From NCBI RefSeq assembly GCF_021869535.1, contig NW_026262712.1, forward strand, positions 87,792,001-87,856,000: a stretch of 64,000 nt of DNA. Reading direction: 5' to 3'. The notes beneath the pieces were generated by a model. It was not told the origin of the DNA, made no database searches, and saw only the letters and a list, made by a program, of their open reading frames with translations. A program made the translations under genes and the position numbers. Source of the DNA: Mytilus californianus (Eukaryota). Below are positions 11,426 to 24,683 of this stretch, in pieces; within the stretch, counting starts at the first letter, position 1; each line of letters begins with the position of its first letter.

Positions 11426-13321
11426 ATTTATTTATTAGACAAAATGTAGCATTAAAACATACGGTACAGACCTAATAACAAACGAAAACTTACAGCATTG
11501 ATTGGATAACATGTTAAGATAATTAGAAGCCTGGGATCACCGAATGGATAATTTGAGAATACAAAATGAAGAGCTCATTAGAGATTAAGACATTACCTGC
11601 ATGGTTTTACAATATTAAAATGTTATTTCAAACCATGGAGAAAAGAAGATTTAGCAATAGTCTCAAAATAGCAGAGAAGCATCAATATTTGAAATTAAAT
11701 TTCATAATATATTAGTTTTTTTTTTAAATCTATATTCAAAGAGATGTACTGAGTCATGAGCTATCATTGTAGAATTCAGTACAATGTCAGCATGCAGCAG
11801 ATTCAATGTCATACTTTAAAATTCTTTGACGAATTGCTTATGTTGGATATTTATGTATGCATCCAAAATATATTTCTGTAATGCTTATCAAACAAGATTT
11901 GTGACAATACTAGAAGGTCAAGAGTGCAGACACAGTCGATGTTTTAATAACTTGAAGTTTGTTTTCACGTGATAATTTAAGGTACTATGTTTTTATTTTC
12001 TTTGAAGTGTCAACGGATGGAATTTTCAAAGACTGTCATAATCGTAGAATTTTTGTCACCATCAAATCTGGTTTAACCTACAATTTTCCATACAAAGCAT
12101 CTTTACCAAGTAGGGAATATATATAATAGAATTTTTGTTTCAATCATAAGACTTTGCCAATAATATGTTACCTTTACCTTTGTACACTTGATCTTTCTCA
12201 GTATTATAAAACTGCAATATCACCATATTATATAACTTCCTTCTATGTCATTTTATCAGTTGGTAATAAATCTCGGATAACTCTTGGGAAATCCAGCACT
12301 ACCAATTTCTTCGCCGATTTCAGCAATATCAAAGTTATGTTATTAGACTAATAATTCAAGAAATTTGATCTTTGATAATAACGTATTTTATAATGTTAGA
12401 CTGAAGTGTGTTTACCGACTACTTCGTAATGACCTCTTTTTATATAACGTGTTTTTATGCCCTCAAAAAAATCAGAAGCATATATTTTGTGTCCTTGGAC
12501 GTCCGTCCGATCGAACGAAACATGATTTACGGGTGATAAATTGAGTTCGGGATCGATCGTCTATTTTCATCTTTTGCCACGCAGTTAATTTTTCGCGAAA
12601 TTTTATTTTCACTTTTGTACACATTTATTTTCTGTATTTTGCGTTGCAGAATATTAATTTTCATCCTTTCTTGTACAACGATATTTATTTAAGTTCTTAC
12701 CTGGCCAAGTTATTCATTTTTAACCCCTACCCTAGAAAATACAAAAAGCAATACTTGAAATCAAGTCTTTGGGACGTATTTTACCAACGTTTAATGTTTA
12801 GGAAAAAAATATGCAATTCAGTTGTCGTCAGTGCATGTGTCCTTTTTGTGATTAAGCGTGGTTGTTGTTCTTAAAATCCAGCATAGCAATATTCTTTCTT
12901 ACTTTAGGCTAATTATAATGGGATAATATCATTTTTATCAAGCAGTCCTTAAAATTCAAAACACCTGTCCATTGTTGAAGACCACAGTTTTTGTTTTGTG
13001 TAGGTTGGTTACTGTAAATATTACGTATACCAATTTTTTTTATTTTATTAGCTAACCTAGACCAATATATAACATATGTATATGACAAAAGCCTTATTTA
13101 ACTAATAAACAAATCAGGTTCTCCCAGACTACATTGTTATACAGTATACCTTAAACGGAATGTAAAGACATCATACGCATCCAGAGAAAAAAAGCATAAT
13201 CTTATGCAATGCCAAAACCGAAATTAGCGATCGACTTCTATAGCAGTTATTGATTGAATAATGATTTTTACACCTTTTTTTGGCGTATTTGGCAATTATA
13301 TTGAAATCTGTGATAGATAGA

Positions 13322-13565
13322 GATTGATTGAATGGTGGAGATTTACGCAAATTTCGGCACTCTTGGATTTATCAAGGTGGTCATTCGTGGGAGAAAACCA
13401 GAGTACCCGGAGGGAACCACCAAACATCGGCAAGAAAACTGTCAATCCTAGTCAATTAAGATCAGAGTCAAACACATCTTGCCATGAGTGGGATTTGAAC
13501 TCACAAGCTCAGTGTTGACAGGCAAGTAATCACTGGTTTTGAACTATTATAGCACTCGGCCACGT
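13322..13565 (-). mobile_element. tRNA-head SINE (V-domain-like core, (AATC)n tail)
   Basis: - strand shows A-box GTGGCCGAGTG, B-box GAGTTCAAATCC, a CTCCGGGTACTC core and a CAATCAATC tail. Homologous to 25668-25905. Confidence 0.8.
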
Positions 13566-14698
13566 GATATATATAGAGACCTGTACATAGCAAAATGTTC
13601 TGCAAGACAAGATCTACAAGAAAAAAATAGTGAATTTGTCAATTTAAATTATTGTGATATTTCTAATAGAATTTTGTAACCGTCTTTAATTTTATGTTTT
13701 GACTTATGACTTGAATTTAGGTTGCAAATCACTGAATTGAATGGTTCCTCTATTCTGTCTCGGTCTTTGGTGTATTTATGCTCCTAAAGCTACCGAGGTG
13801 TTTTGACTAACGCAACTCAAGAACATTATATTAAAAAACGCCATATAAAAGTTACTCCAAAAAAGCTTTTGGCTTGCAAAAAAAAAAGTATTTTCTTTGT
13901 TTTATCCTCGCATCACACTTACACTTAATTACTCGAAAATCATAAGAAAAGTCTCATCAAAATAGTAAAAAAAGTTCATTTACATATATCAAGAATGTTT
14001 TGAATGACATAATTCTGATGAACAACAGCTATGTAAAATCCGTATGACCAGTTTCCTAGATAAAATTGTTCCATCATTTCAGTTTGGTTTAGTGGATATT
14101 TTATCATGATTTCCGTCACAACAAATAGTTGCATTCTCTTGTGACCTTGATTGTCCTTATGACCTTGATTGTCCTTATGGTAATACGTCGCCCAGATATA
14201 TATTGTTTTGTTGACTGATTCGTCTGTAGTAAAAACTTTAATTTAGAAATTGAATTATCTAATATCCCACGTATTGACGAACTGAATTACCATAATTATT
14301 CACTGTTCTTTTCTCTACACGGCAAATGACATCTAAAACAGTACGCCCCGACATGCAAATCACTAGCCGAGATAGACCTTATATACAAATAGAAGTCAAT
14401 CTATATAAACTACAAAATAGACAGTGACCATTTATATCTAATTCAAGGTTTGTTACTACTACTAGGGAGGGGGATGTTTAACGACCATTATGTCGGTTTG
14501 TTACTTGAAACATTGTGATAACTATGCTAAGAAGTTTCGGAGTACATTTAATGTGTAAATTACATTGAATAAATTGCTTAATGACCCAACATTCTGCAAA
14601 CTTATTTTCGCGAGCTATTAATTTGCATGTAGAACAATCATGAATTCAAATCTTTGCGAATATATCATGACAAGCGTTGATGCTTTACATATCACTCT

Positions 14699-14795
14699 CA
14701 GTGGTGGATCCAGAACTTTTCATAAGGGAGGGGGGGGGGGCTCCAGTCATGCTTCAGTGATTCCCTATATCATCACCCCCCTTGATCCGCCTATG
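14699..14795. mobile_element. hAT-type MITE (CAGTGGTGGATCCAG...GATCCGCCTATG)
   Basis: Short TIRs and poly-G/poly-C interior. Flanks are ACTCT / CCTCT (5-bp TSD, 1 mismatch). Confidence 0.7.
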
Positions 14796-15949
14796 CCTCT
14801 TTTATATACATCAGCAAATTTAGAAAATCGCAAACAAAACTAGCCTACAATTCCGGCTGAGCAGGGTTAAACGCAAAAAATAAAATAAAAAAAGAATTTT
14901 CGAAATTGAATCGCTATATGCAGTATACTCCAACGACACTCATTAAAGAGGAAATCCCCAATAATCACAAGTTTGTTTTATATATTCCAAAGACAAAGAG
15001 CTGAATCTTCCTTCATTCTACTGAAAATCCAAATTACATAAGTGTTCTTATAACCAACGTTATGTTGCGGTGTCTTCCAAATGCTCCATGAAAGCTTTAT
15101 CCAAATTACTAACATTATTTCATTAGCAACTAAGACCGCTGTGAAACAACCTTCTATAGGGGCAGTCAGAATCAGATTTGGATACTAATAAATTCCAAAA
15201 AGTACATGAAAGTTATGTATTTTGATTTATTGGAGTGTAACTAAATTCTTTTCACCATGGTGTTGTATGTCTTACTTTGACTAACGGTATTTGATTGATC
15301 CTTTGGTACCTTTTTTTTTGCTATACTCGGAAATATATGTCAACAACGGACGCATCAAACATATCATTTGTATGTACAATTCCAGCATTAGTTCTATCAT
15401 CGAAAAATACCCATTAAAATGTAATTTTAATTATAGAACCGCCCCCCCCCCCCCCCCTTTTCCCCCCAAAAAACCTCATTAATGATTAAAAACAATAATT
15501 AACTAAAACCACACTCAGATACAAACACACAACAATGTGTATTTTATATTTAGACAAACGATTTGACCATTAACAGAAAAAAAAAAATCCTTTTTATTTT
15601 ATTTTTTATTATGTATTTGCGCTTTTTGTTAAAAGCAGTGCATATGAGAAACTAACCATTATGTACATCTTTGTCATTTATTTATGAATTCACGACTATT
15701 GTAAGCGTATGCAACGTGACGGTCAAACAATCAATGATGTATGAATTATGATTAAAAGTGCTATTAATATTGACATGTTTATAAGCTTGCAGATATTATC
15801 TCATTTCACTCGAATTGAAACTGAAACAATGAAAGCTTAGAGTTTGAATATCTTATTTGCCATGGAATATGATTTTTCAGTCTCTGTCGAGGCTCAACTG
15901 AGAGGTTTTCTTGATTGCGTTTGATTGTAATCCAAGCTTAATAAAAAAT

Positions 15950-15962
15950 ATGAGTAAAAATG
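15950..15962 (+). CDS. Candidate first coding exon (MSKN-) of the tail-anchored protein gene; exon probably starts at 15881
   Basis: Acceptor GATTTTTCAG at 15880 and ATG at 15950 with A at -3. Donor G|GTATGG is phase 1, matching the phase-1 acceptor at 16434 (gives MSKNEHSFPSQ). Confidence 0.55.
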
Positions 15963-16434
15963 GTATGGGTATTGGTATGTTATTTCTGAGATCTATTTAG
16001 CAACATTAGTGTGTTTAAACACAACAGGGGAGATGCTTACCGTTCATATTTGTGAAATATATAATAATATCCTACCTTCTGTAGGTTTCAGAGAATTTAA
16101 TTGGTTGTGCGATGTCACTTGCTGGTGGTGTATATTTAATACACGATGTGTAAAGAGTTATCGTTCTTGACATTGACCGATATAAGACGAATCTCTCATA
16201 TCATATAAAATTTATTGACCGTGTATATACCATATTAGGTCACTGACTGTCTATATAATACGTATATGGAATGAAGGTTAATGCCACAAGGCATGTAGTT
16301 CGTCCATTATAATTTTAAGTATTCATGTTACTGAAATAAGGTATTTGGAACTTGGTACCCGTTATTACTCGATACATTATTCCCAATCTTATCTTTTTAT
16401 GTATGCCTTCATAAAACTTTTTGTTATTTTACAG

Positions 16435-17141
16435 AACACTCGTTTCCCTCTCAACACTACCAACTGGCTTTGGAATACCCAGTAACTACAACTAGTTTAC
16501 CCAACAGTTTACCGGAAGTTATAGAAGTTCCGGAGTTGGAAAGGCCACCGGAACAACCAATTGAAGTGATCTCAATATATCCACCGGCTTCGGCGGTGGG
16601 AGATAAGCCATTTAAAACTAAAAATGGCCATGGAACTATATTTCACCATAATGCAAATGGTGATCTGTCGATGTCTTCGATAGAAACTTCACCAAAGAAG
16701 ATAAATGGTGACGTGTCAAAAGAGAGCTCCCCAAAGCGGGACTCTTTAAGTAGTAGCAAAACTAGCAAGGACAATTCGCCAAAAAGGGAAAGTAGAGCTA
16801 AACTACTTTCGAAAAGTATTCAAAAATCGTTTTCGACGTTTGGATTATATACCAAGCGGAAACATGAGTCCTCTAAAAAGGACTTTAAAGAATTCATACC
16901 GATGCAAGAAACACATTCCAAACCCATTCTGAACAATGCTAAAGTTATTGTGTGTAATGGTAGCATTCAAAAACCTCCCGCTGACGGTCATCGGACCCCC
17001 TCCCGTTCATCCTCACCTCAACCAGGACCTAGTGGTAACGGTGTTCGTAACCCTTCAAAACCAAAACGTGGCCCAGGATGTCGCTATGAATTAGTTAACA
17101 GATGCAGTAGTCCAGAAGTCGAAAGATGTGAAATTACTGTG
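16435..17141 (+). CDS. Main coding exon of an uncharacterised Ser/Pro/Lys-rich protein
   Basis: 707-nt open exon, richer in GC than its surroundings. Strong acceptor TTGTTATTTTACAG and donor GTG|GTAAGA (phase 0). Confidence 0.85.
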
Positions 17142-17159
17142 GTAAGATATATGTATAAC

Positions 17160-17440
17160 ATGTTTAACCCCGCTGCATTTTTGAGCCTGTCCCAAGTCAG
17201 GAGCCTCTGGCCTTTGTTAGTCTTGTATGTATTTTTTAATTCTAGTGCATTTATATGTTTCGCAGTTTAGTCCATTTTCACTGAACTAGTACACATTTTT
17301 GTTTAGGGGCCAGCTGAAGCCCGCCTTCTGGTGCGGGATTTTCTCGCTGTGTTGAAGACCCATTGGTGGCCTTGGGCTGTTTTATGCTCTTTGATCGGGT
17401 TGTTGTCTCTTTGACACATTCCTCATTTCCTTTCTCAATT
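17160..17440 (+). mobile_element. Non-autonomous dispersed repeat (family M2), intronic
   Basis: Near-identical to 50215-50540 and to the reverse complement at 47650-47790. Shares the TGTCCCAAGTCAGGAGCC module with M1. Confidence 0.85.
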
Positions 17441-18389
17441 TAATGGCTAAATGTAGATGTGGGGTTTACGTCAATGAGCTCATGAAGATATGTGTGTGAT
17501 AGGAATATACCAGCTTGTGTAAATGATTTATATAACAGACATTCCGTATTGTTTACTATGTGTACCGTCGTTCGCAACAAATATGATAAATATGCATTGT
17601 CTATAAAATTAAACTTCATCTCCAATGTGTTGAACTGTAGAACTTAAAAAAAAACAACACTATAATAATACTATTATGCATGAGTTGCACATACCATTCT
17701 ACTCGCAATTTATTACATAGTTTGTTTATAAATTCTCAGTTGATAAATTTAGTACTTCTACAAAAATTTAGGGTAAAACTACCTCAGGCAAGGTTAACTT
17801 AAGATGTTTTTATTATTCTTTGCGGGAACCTTTTGGTTATATATTCTTACCATTTAGGCATTCGTCTTTGACTTTCCAATTAACTTTAAATAATCCAAAA
17901 GCATATCTGATGTCTAGTGCTTAAAGCGATTATAAAATGTACATAAAATACATTGAAGACTGTTTATTTGGATTTTTTATTTCCCAGACAACCCTGAAAG
18001 ACAAAGATCAAACTACAAAGACATGCGCACATAAAAATGTAGTAAAAAACATAAAAAAGTCAACATCAACTCCTTTATTTAAAGTCCTTTTCAGAGCATA
18101 ACCCATTAATAGTTTATATATTCATAGCATTGGCGTGACAATAGCTAGTTTTACTTTTTTTTCATTTAAGTTCCCATTTTTTATGTTATTGCATTTTTCC
18201 AGTATACTGAACTAATTTTTATTTTGTTTTATTTAAAAAAAGCACCAATAAAACAAATTTAGGAAATCGACCCAACATATCTACCAGTTTTATATCTGGT
18301 TATATAGTATAAATAGAGTAGATCACTTACCAAAAGGTGGAGAGCTTCAGCTATTAAGGGCAACAAAAACTCATAAATAAAAGAAAAAC

Positions 18390-18550
18390 GGACAATACCA
18401 TAACCAAAACGAAAATTCACGAAAAGAAAAAATATTTCCACAAAACACTGACATAGAAATCTAAAGATTGAGCAATTCGAACAAAACAGTGGAAGAACTG
18501 AGTTGTTCAGAAAGATAAGAAGACCCTTTTTCACTAGTGGCACCCGTCAG
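18390..18550 (-). mobile_element. Dispersed repeat fragment (family M3)
   Basis: CACTAGTGGCACCCGTC module; related to 53130-53375, 32340-32465 and 27140-27215. Confidence 0.6.
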
Positions 18551-19212
18551 TAATTGTGATGGCGTCCGTAAAATTTACGATATTTGGAACCCTTGGTTCA
18601 CTAGTTAGCTTGTTAGCAGCTGGATTGTTGCTACACAGAAATCGGAAGTTCTAAATGGGAAATTTTAAATCATAATGACATCGATAATATCTTACACGAT
18701 TGTTTATTTCTTAGAAAGAAGTAGATTAGTTTGACTAATTTTCTTATTGGACATGACAGTTAATATATCAAATAGTGAAAAGATCATGTTTATTTGTATG
18801 TATGTACGCTAAGTCCGAGATTTTCTTTTTAAAAATTAACGGCCTATTCAAGTCTTTTTGGGGCCGTGGTATGCTATGTTGATTATATAAGCTGAACAGC
18901 ATGCAATCAAAACTTTTCAAATTTGGCATACTTTTCATGCTTAACTGATTTATTTTTATGTTCACATTGCCATTTACAGTTTGGTTTAGTACAAAGCAGG
19001 TTTAATAATGATGTATACCTTTTACATCAGTATATTCCCAAACTCAAAATGAACTGCATGGAGCTCGAGGGTGCTGTCTGCAAGTTAACATCAATTTATG
19101 CAATGATTTGCTGCACAGTCAAAAGGTCACAATCAAGAAATATGTAATTCCATTTGGTCAGCTTGTCATATTGTATTACGTTGCTGACTTCAAATAAACC
19201 TTCAAATATATG

Positions 19213-19360
19213 CAGAAGCGGATTTAGGGGGAGGGGGACCGGCCCCCTTACAGAGCTTCATATATGATAAATGCATAGAATTTTTACAAGTATCACGCAA
19301 AACGTTGGCTTGCAATGGGACCCCCCCCCCCCCCCTTTTCAAAATCCTGGATCAGCACCC
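19213..19360. mobile_element. hAT-type MITE with 5-bp TSD
   Basis: CAGAAGCGGATTTAG...GGATCAGCACCC, flanked on both sides by ATATG (19208-19212, 19361-19365). Confidence 0.7.
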
Positions 19361-19540
19361 ATATGTCTCAAATTTTAGACACTGGGCAGAAGGTTGATCC
19401 AAAAGAATTTAAATACAGTAAGAATCTTTGGTTGATATTTATACCCCTCCCCAAAAAACAACAAACCCCACATAAAATCGCATCACATGGTACACATGAA
19501 CAGAGTATTGCCTTTAAAGTTATAACTGTACATCCACATA

Positions 19541-20756
19541 AACAAGAGTACACACGCTGAAATGTCACGCCTCCTTTACTAACCATTGATTTTATGTTGA
19601 TAGTCCGAAATATAAAGTTTTACTACATGTATCACATTAACATAAACATGATCCAAGCAAATGAGATTAAGGTCAGATAAACAAGCCGAAAATACATGTA
19701 CACCTTACAATCATTCTATACACCGAATATAGTTGACCTATTGCTTATAGTATACGAGAAACAGACCAAACCATGAAAACTTTATATTGACCAATGAACC
19801 ATGAAAATGAGGCCAAGGTCAGACGAATCCTGCCAGAGAGACATGTACACTTTGAAATCAATCATTCAATGGATCAAATATAGTTGAAATATTGCTTATA
19901 GTATCTAAGAAACAAACTTTACCAGGACAACTTAACATTGACCAATGAACCATGAAAATGAGGTCAAGTTCCGATGATATCTGCCAGACAGACATATACA
20001 CCTTACAATCATATCAAATATAATTGACCTATTGCTTATAGTTAAAGAAAAGCAGACCAAACCACAAACACTAAACATTGAGCCATGAACCGTAAAAATG
20101 AGGTCAAGGTCAAATAAAACCTGTCAGACTGACATGTACATCATACAATATTTCCATCCACCAAATATAGTAGACATATTGCATACAGTATTAGAAAAAA
20201 AACCCAGACCAAAACACAAAAACTTAACTTTGACCACTGAACCATGAACATGAGGTCAAGGGTAGATGACACCTACCAGTTGGACATGTACACCTTACAA
20301 TCCATCCATACACCAAATATAGTAGACCTATTGCTTATAGTATCTAAGATATGGACTTGTCCACGAAAACTTAACCTTGTTCACTGATCTATGAAATGAG
20401 GTCGAGGTCAAATGAAAACTGACGGACAGGCATGAGGACCTTGCAAAGTACGCACATACCAAATATAGTTATATTATTACTCATAATAATTAGAGAGAAA
20501 TTAACATTACAAAAAATCTTAATTTTTTTTCAAGTAGTCACCGAACCATGAAAACGAGGTCAAGGACAATGGACATATGACAAACTGAAACTTCATATCA
20601 TGAGGCATCTATATAGAAAGTATGAAGCATCCAGGTCTTTTACCTTTTGAAATATTAAGCTTTGACGTAGTAAGCTAACGCCGCCGTGGTCGCCGCCGCC
20701 GGATCACTATCCCTATGTCTCGCTTTCTGCGACAGAAGTCGCAGGCTCGACAAAAA
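19541..20756 (+). mobile_element. Helentron-type non-autonomous element (HINE/DINE-like) with internal ~150-bp tandem repeats
   Basis: Starts AACAAGAG. About 6 repeats of CCATGAAAATGAGGTCAAGG, a (GCC)n tract, a 3' hairpin CTGCGAC-AGAA-GTCGCAG and an A-run. A second copy lies at 27754-28505. Confidence 0.75.
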
Positions 20757-21019
20757 ACCGCCCATGATATTCAACACTGTCTATTTTCGGTATATACGGG
20801 ACAGACATTCTTTCATATGAATACATATCCCACATTACTTTTCACATGTTATGAAACTCAAAACGATTACTACTTCGTACTAATTAGGCCAAACAAAATA
20901 GATGCGTTTTAAGGATTTCCTCCGTAAGAAAAATAGGGTAGGTAGGTAGGAATATTTTTCATTACCATGGCCATTTTTACACTTTCGGAATATGGTGAGA
21001 CCTGTTATTATGATCATAA

Positions 21020-21735
21020 TTCACTATCAAATTGTTAACAATTTCATGTCGGGGCCTTTTATAGCCGACCATACGGTATGGGTTTTTCTCATTGTTGAAA
21101 GCCGTGCGGTTGACTATAATTGCTTACATCCACTTCATTTGAACTTTGGTGGATATTTGTCTCATTGGCAATCATACCACATCTCCTTATTTTTATAGTA
21201 TGCATTTTTAAGCTTAAAATTTTGACTGTTTTTTTTCTTCAATCAAGGATGTTAAGTATTAGATTTCTAAATGATATTTTATTGGAATTGGGACGATTTA
21301 CTAAATAATTTATCTTAACATCAAAATATAGAAAAGGAATATTACGTGAACCGTTTTTTCATTAATTAAGAAGTCTTTACACTATTATTTCAGATAAGGG
21401 TGAAGGTTTGGTACCATTAAAACGTTTAAACCCGCTGCAATTGTTTGCACCTGTCCTAAGTCAGGAATCTGATGTTCAGTAGCTGTCGTTTGTTGATGTG
21501 GTTCATAAGTGTTTCTCGTTTCTCGTTTTTTATATAGATTAGACCGTTGGTTTTCCCGTTTGAATGGTTTTACACTAGTAATTTTTGGGGCCCTTTATAG
21601 CTTGCTGTTCGGTGTGAGCCAAGGCTCCGTGTTGAAGACCGTACTTTGACCTGTAATGGTTTACTTTTACAAATTTTGACTTGGATGGAGAGTTGTCTCA
21701 TTGGCACTCATACCACATCTTCTTATATCTATTTT
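21020..21735 (+). mobile_element. Two M1-family copies (21020-21195 and 21395-21735)
   Basis: Both end in the GTCTCATTGGCA..CATACCACATCT tail. Confidence 0.8.
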
Positions 21736-21954
21736 CCTGGATTAAACTTCAACATACATAAATGTTGATAACAAAAAAAAATCATAAACAATTACAGGAA
21801 TACAAGAAGAAAATATAGAGAATAAACAAAATTATCTTAAGTAATGTTTGATCTTTGTTTAACCAAATGGTACAAAATCATTTACTAGATCGGCAAAAAT
21901 ATCCCAGAATGTGCGCGGATTATCTGTTCACCAGCATTGCATATGGTACTACAT

Positions 21955-22116
21955 CATAGGCGGATCCAGCCCCCCCCCCCTTTCGTGGGAAAAAAAATTG
22001 TTGATTATATAGGGAATCACTGAAGCGTGACTGGAGCGGACACCCCCCCCCCCCCACCCTTAGGTCATTCAGCGCCCCCCCCCCCCCCCTTACAAAAAGT
22101 TCTGGATCCGCCACTG
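21955..22116. mobile_element. hAT-type MITE with 5-bp TSD
   Basis: CATAGGCGGATCCAG...CTGGATCCGCCACTG, flanked on both sides by TACAT (21950-21954, 22117-22121). Confidence 0.8.
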
Positions 22117-22714
22117 TACATGAAAATCATATACCGGTATATTATTTCTTAAACGTCGAAGGTGCATTTCTGGATTATACACCATAAGGAATTCTGAATA
22201 AGAGTTGCATGAAATGTAAAAAGTATCGAAAAAGAACATACCCTTATGTACCTGTTTTAAGGTTAAAAAAAAGATTAAAGACGTGGAAATGCTGTTCCTG
22301 AAATTGATATTTGTTTAAATTGCAGACATTGAATGCTTGAAACTTTGAAAGTAAGACTCGAAACAAAGTATCGTTTACACTTCCCAAAGTTATACATTGA
22401 ATCTGAAACTACCTTGCAACGGGCGTATCTAAGATGATAATACCTTATATAACAAACATGTCAATATGAATACCATGCACAACACATGTGTGTTTATGAT
22501 TATCCTTCACCTGGTACTCTCGAGACAATTTACTGTAAAATTAATATTTGAATATCTATAAAATATAATTATTCCCTACAAACTGAAACTTTATAACTTA
22601 CAACTGTCTGCTACAAAGCAAATATTACACAATGATCAAAGATATTGTTTTTATAAATTTTGATTATATCGTAAACAATTACAATGGATTGCAATTATGG
22701 TATGTATTTTTCAG

Positions 22715-22882
22715 GAACCGACAGACCTGGAGCAGACAGATGCCCACGATGGTAGACTGATACATAATGAAAAGGAACAAGCATCATTACGCGAGGCCGC
22801 AGACCGAGGGACAAAATTCATTGCTGTTATCGTGATCCTATTGTTTATAACATTGGTTGTGCTGTTACTAACTTTTGCATGA
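22715..22882 (+). CDS. Last coding exon: C-terminal transmembrane helix (tail anchor)
   Basis: Acceptor ATTTTTCAG|GAA is phase 0, matching the donor at 17141. Encodes EPTDLEQ...RGTKFIAVIVILLFITLVVLLLTFA*. AATAAA follows near 22918. Confidence 0.8.
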   Translation, partial: EPTDLEQTDAHDGRLIHNEKEQASLREAADRGTKFIAVIVILLFITLVVLLLTFA

Positions 22883-23332
22883 TCACACAAGTATATTGAT
22901 AGCATTTTGTTACATTAAATAAATTATTATATAGATTCAATCTTTTTGGAGTATTTTCTGCATAATTTTGGATTTAAATAAGAACGCAGAAGTAGTGTAA
23001 TTAAAAAAGACATAATTGTGAGCAGTCATAATTCCCATCAATTTTTGTAAGTGTACAATTATGAATTTCAGATAGTTTTTATAACTTACAAAATATATTA
23101 ATACCATGCAAGAACATATTTAAGTAAAATATAATAATTTTGCTTCAAGAAGACAAAACACTATGGATACACAAACCTCCAGCTATCCAACAGTAGAGCA
23201 TGATATTTGTGTCAGTTTTACCCGATATAGAATTAAAATACCGTTTAAAACAACTGCGCGACTCAGATTCCACACTCTTCGTGATAATTTTTATTTTTAA
23301 AGAGCCTGTGTCGCTCGCCTGCATCTTCAACA

Positions 23333-24683
23333 GAATTATAGTCATTTCGTACCCTAACCATTTCGTACCTTGACCATTTCGTACCTTGACCATTTCGTAC
23401 CTCATGGAATATTTATATGTATACCATTTCGTACCTCATGGAAGATTTGTATGTATACCATTTCGTACTTCATGGAAGATTTATTAGTGTTTCATTTCTT
23501 GGTAAAAACTGTCTCATTGATGTGCGCAATTTCGTACCTTATGTAAGATTTATATGTATACCATTTCGTACCTCATGGAAGATTTGTATGTATGCCATTT
23601 CGTACCTCATGGAAGATTTGTATGTATACTATTTCGTACCTCATGGAAGGTTTGTATGTATGCCATTTCGTACCTCGTGGACGATTTATATGTGTTTTAT
23701 TTCTTGGTTAAAACAGTCTCGTTGACCTTTTACTGTAAGGCGGTAGAGGTCACGAGAATTGTCTAAAATTTAAAATTAAAGCACTTATGAGACATATACA
23801 TATAGGAATAAAGTCAATAAACGGAATTCTTTGAAATCTGTAAAACTTTGTAGTTAAAATATTAATTTCAAATATTAGCTGGCGCTTTAGTAACAGTTCA
23901 CTTTTCTGCCGATTACATTGATTTTGTTACTTTTGTATACACTAGAAAACATGCAATACACACGAAAAAAAGATGTTTACCAAACGTTTTTGAAATTTAG
24001 AAGGTCAGATATACGGATACAAAATAAATGAAGATGCAATTTCTCAAATTGAAAAAGCCATAGCAAGTTCTTTGATTGGTCACAAAAGGTGCAATTTCTT
24101 ATGCAAACATTTTTATTCGTGGTTTCCTTTTGGGTGAATAATCAGCTTGTGTCCCTTTTCACTGCATTTCCCGACGAAAACAACTGGTAATAACTATAGT
24201 TATATATATATATATATATATATAACAGTTGCAGATAATTATTCCTTTGTTGGTTAATTAACCTCATATTTTTAGAGTTGAACAATTAATTCAGGATAAA
24301 TCCTGCAAACAAACAAAGTGTAATTAAAACTATTAAAGTTTCCAAGTGCTGCTTAATCAAACCAATCATCGGTCTTTATAACATTTCTACGGCTGGATGC
24401 ATTTTATTTATATTATATTTTAAAAAAAATCAAAATGTTTTATATCTTAAAAAAAATGATAACTTTTACAAATATATGATACGAAATAGTAAACATGTAT
24501 CTAGTCCATGAGGTACGAAATGGTAGATGCATTTGGCCCATAGGGTACGAAATGGTTTATATCGTGGGTACGAAATGGTTTATATCGTGGGTACGAAATG
24601 GTAAATATTGGGTACGAAATGGTAATGTTGGGTACGAAATGGCAAAGATACGAAGTTGTCAAGGTACGAAATGACTTGCTACC
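23333..24683. mobile_element. Foldback-like non-autonomous DNA transposon with tandem-repeat TIR arms and 8-bp TSD
   Basis: Left arm repeats CATTTCGTACC (16- and 34-bp units); right arm repeats GGTACGAAATG (21-23-bp units). CTTCAACA at 23325-23332 and 24684-24691 lies symmetrically, 7 bp outside AGTCATTTCG. Confidence 0.8.

Noticed and set aside
17142-17270. C-terminal extension of ORF 16470-17270 (VRYMYNMFNPAAFLSLSQ...)
   Set aside because: It reads through a strong GTAAGA donor into an M2 repeat, so it is intronic.
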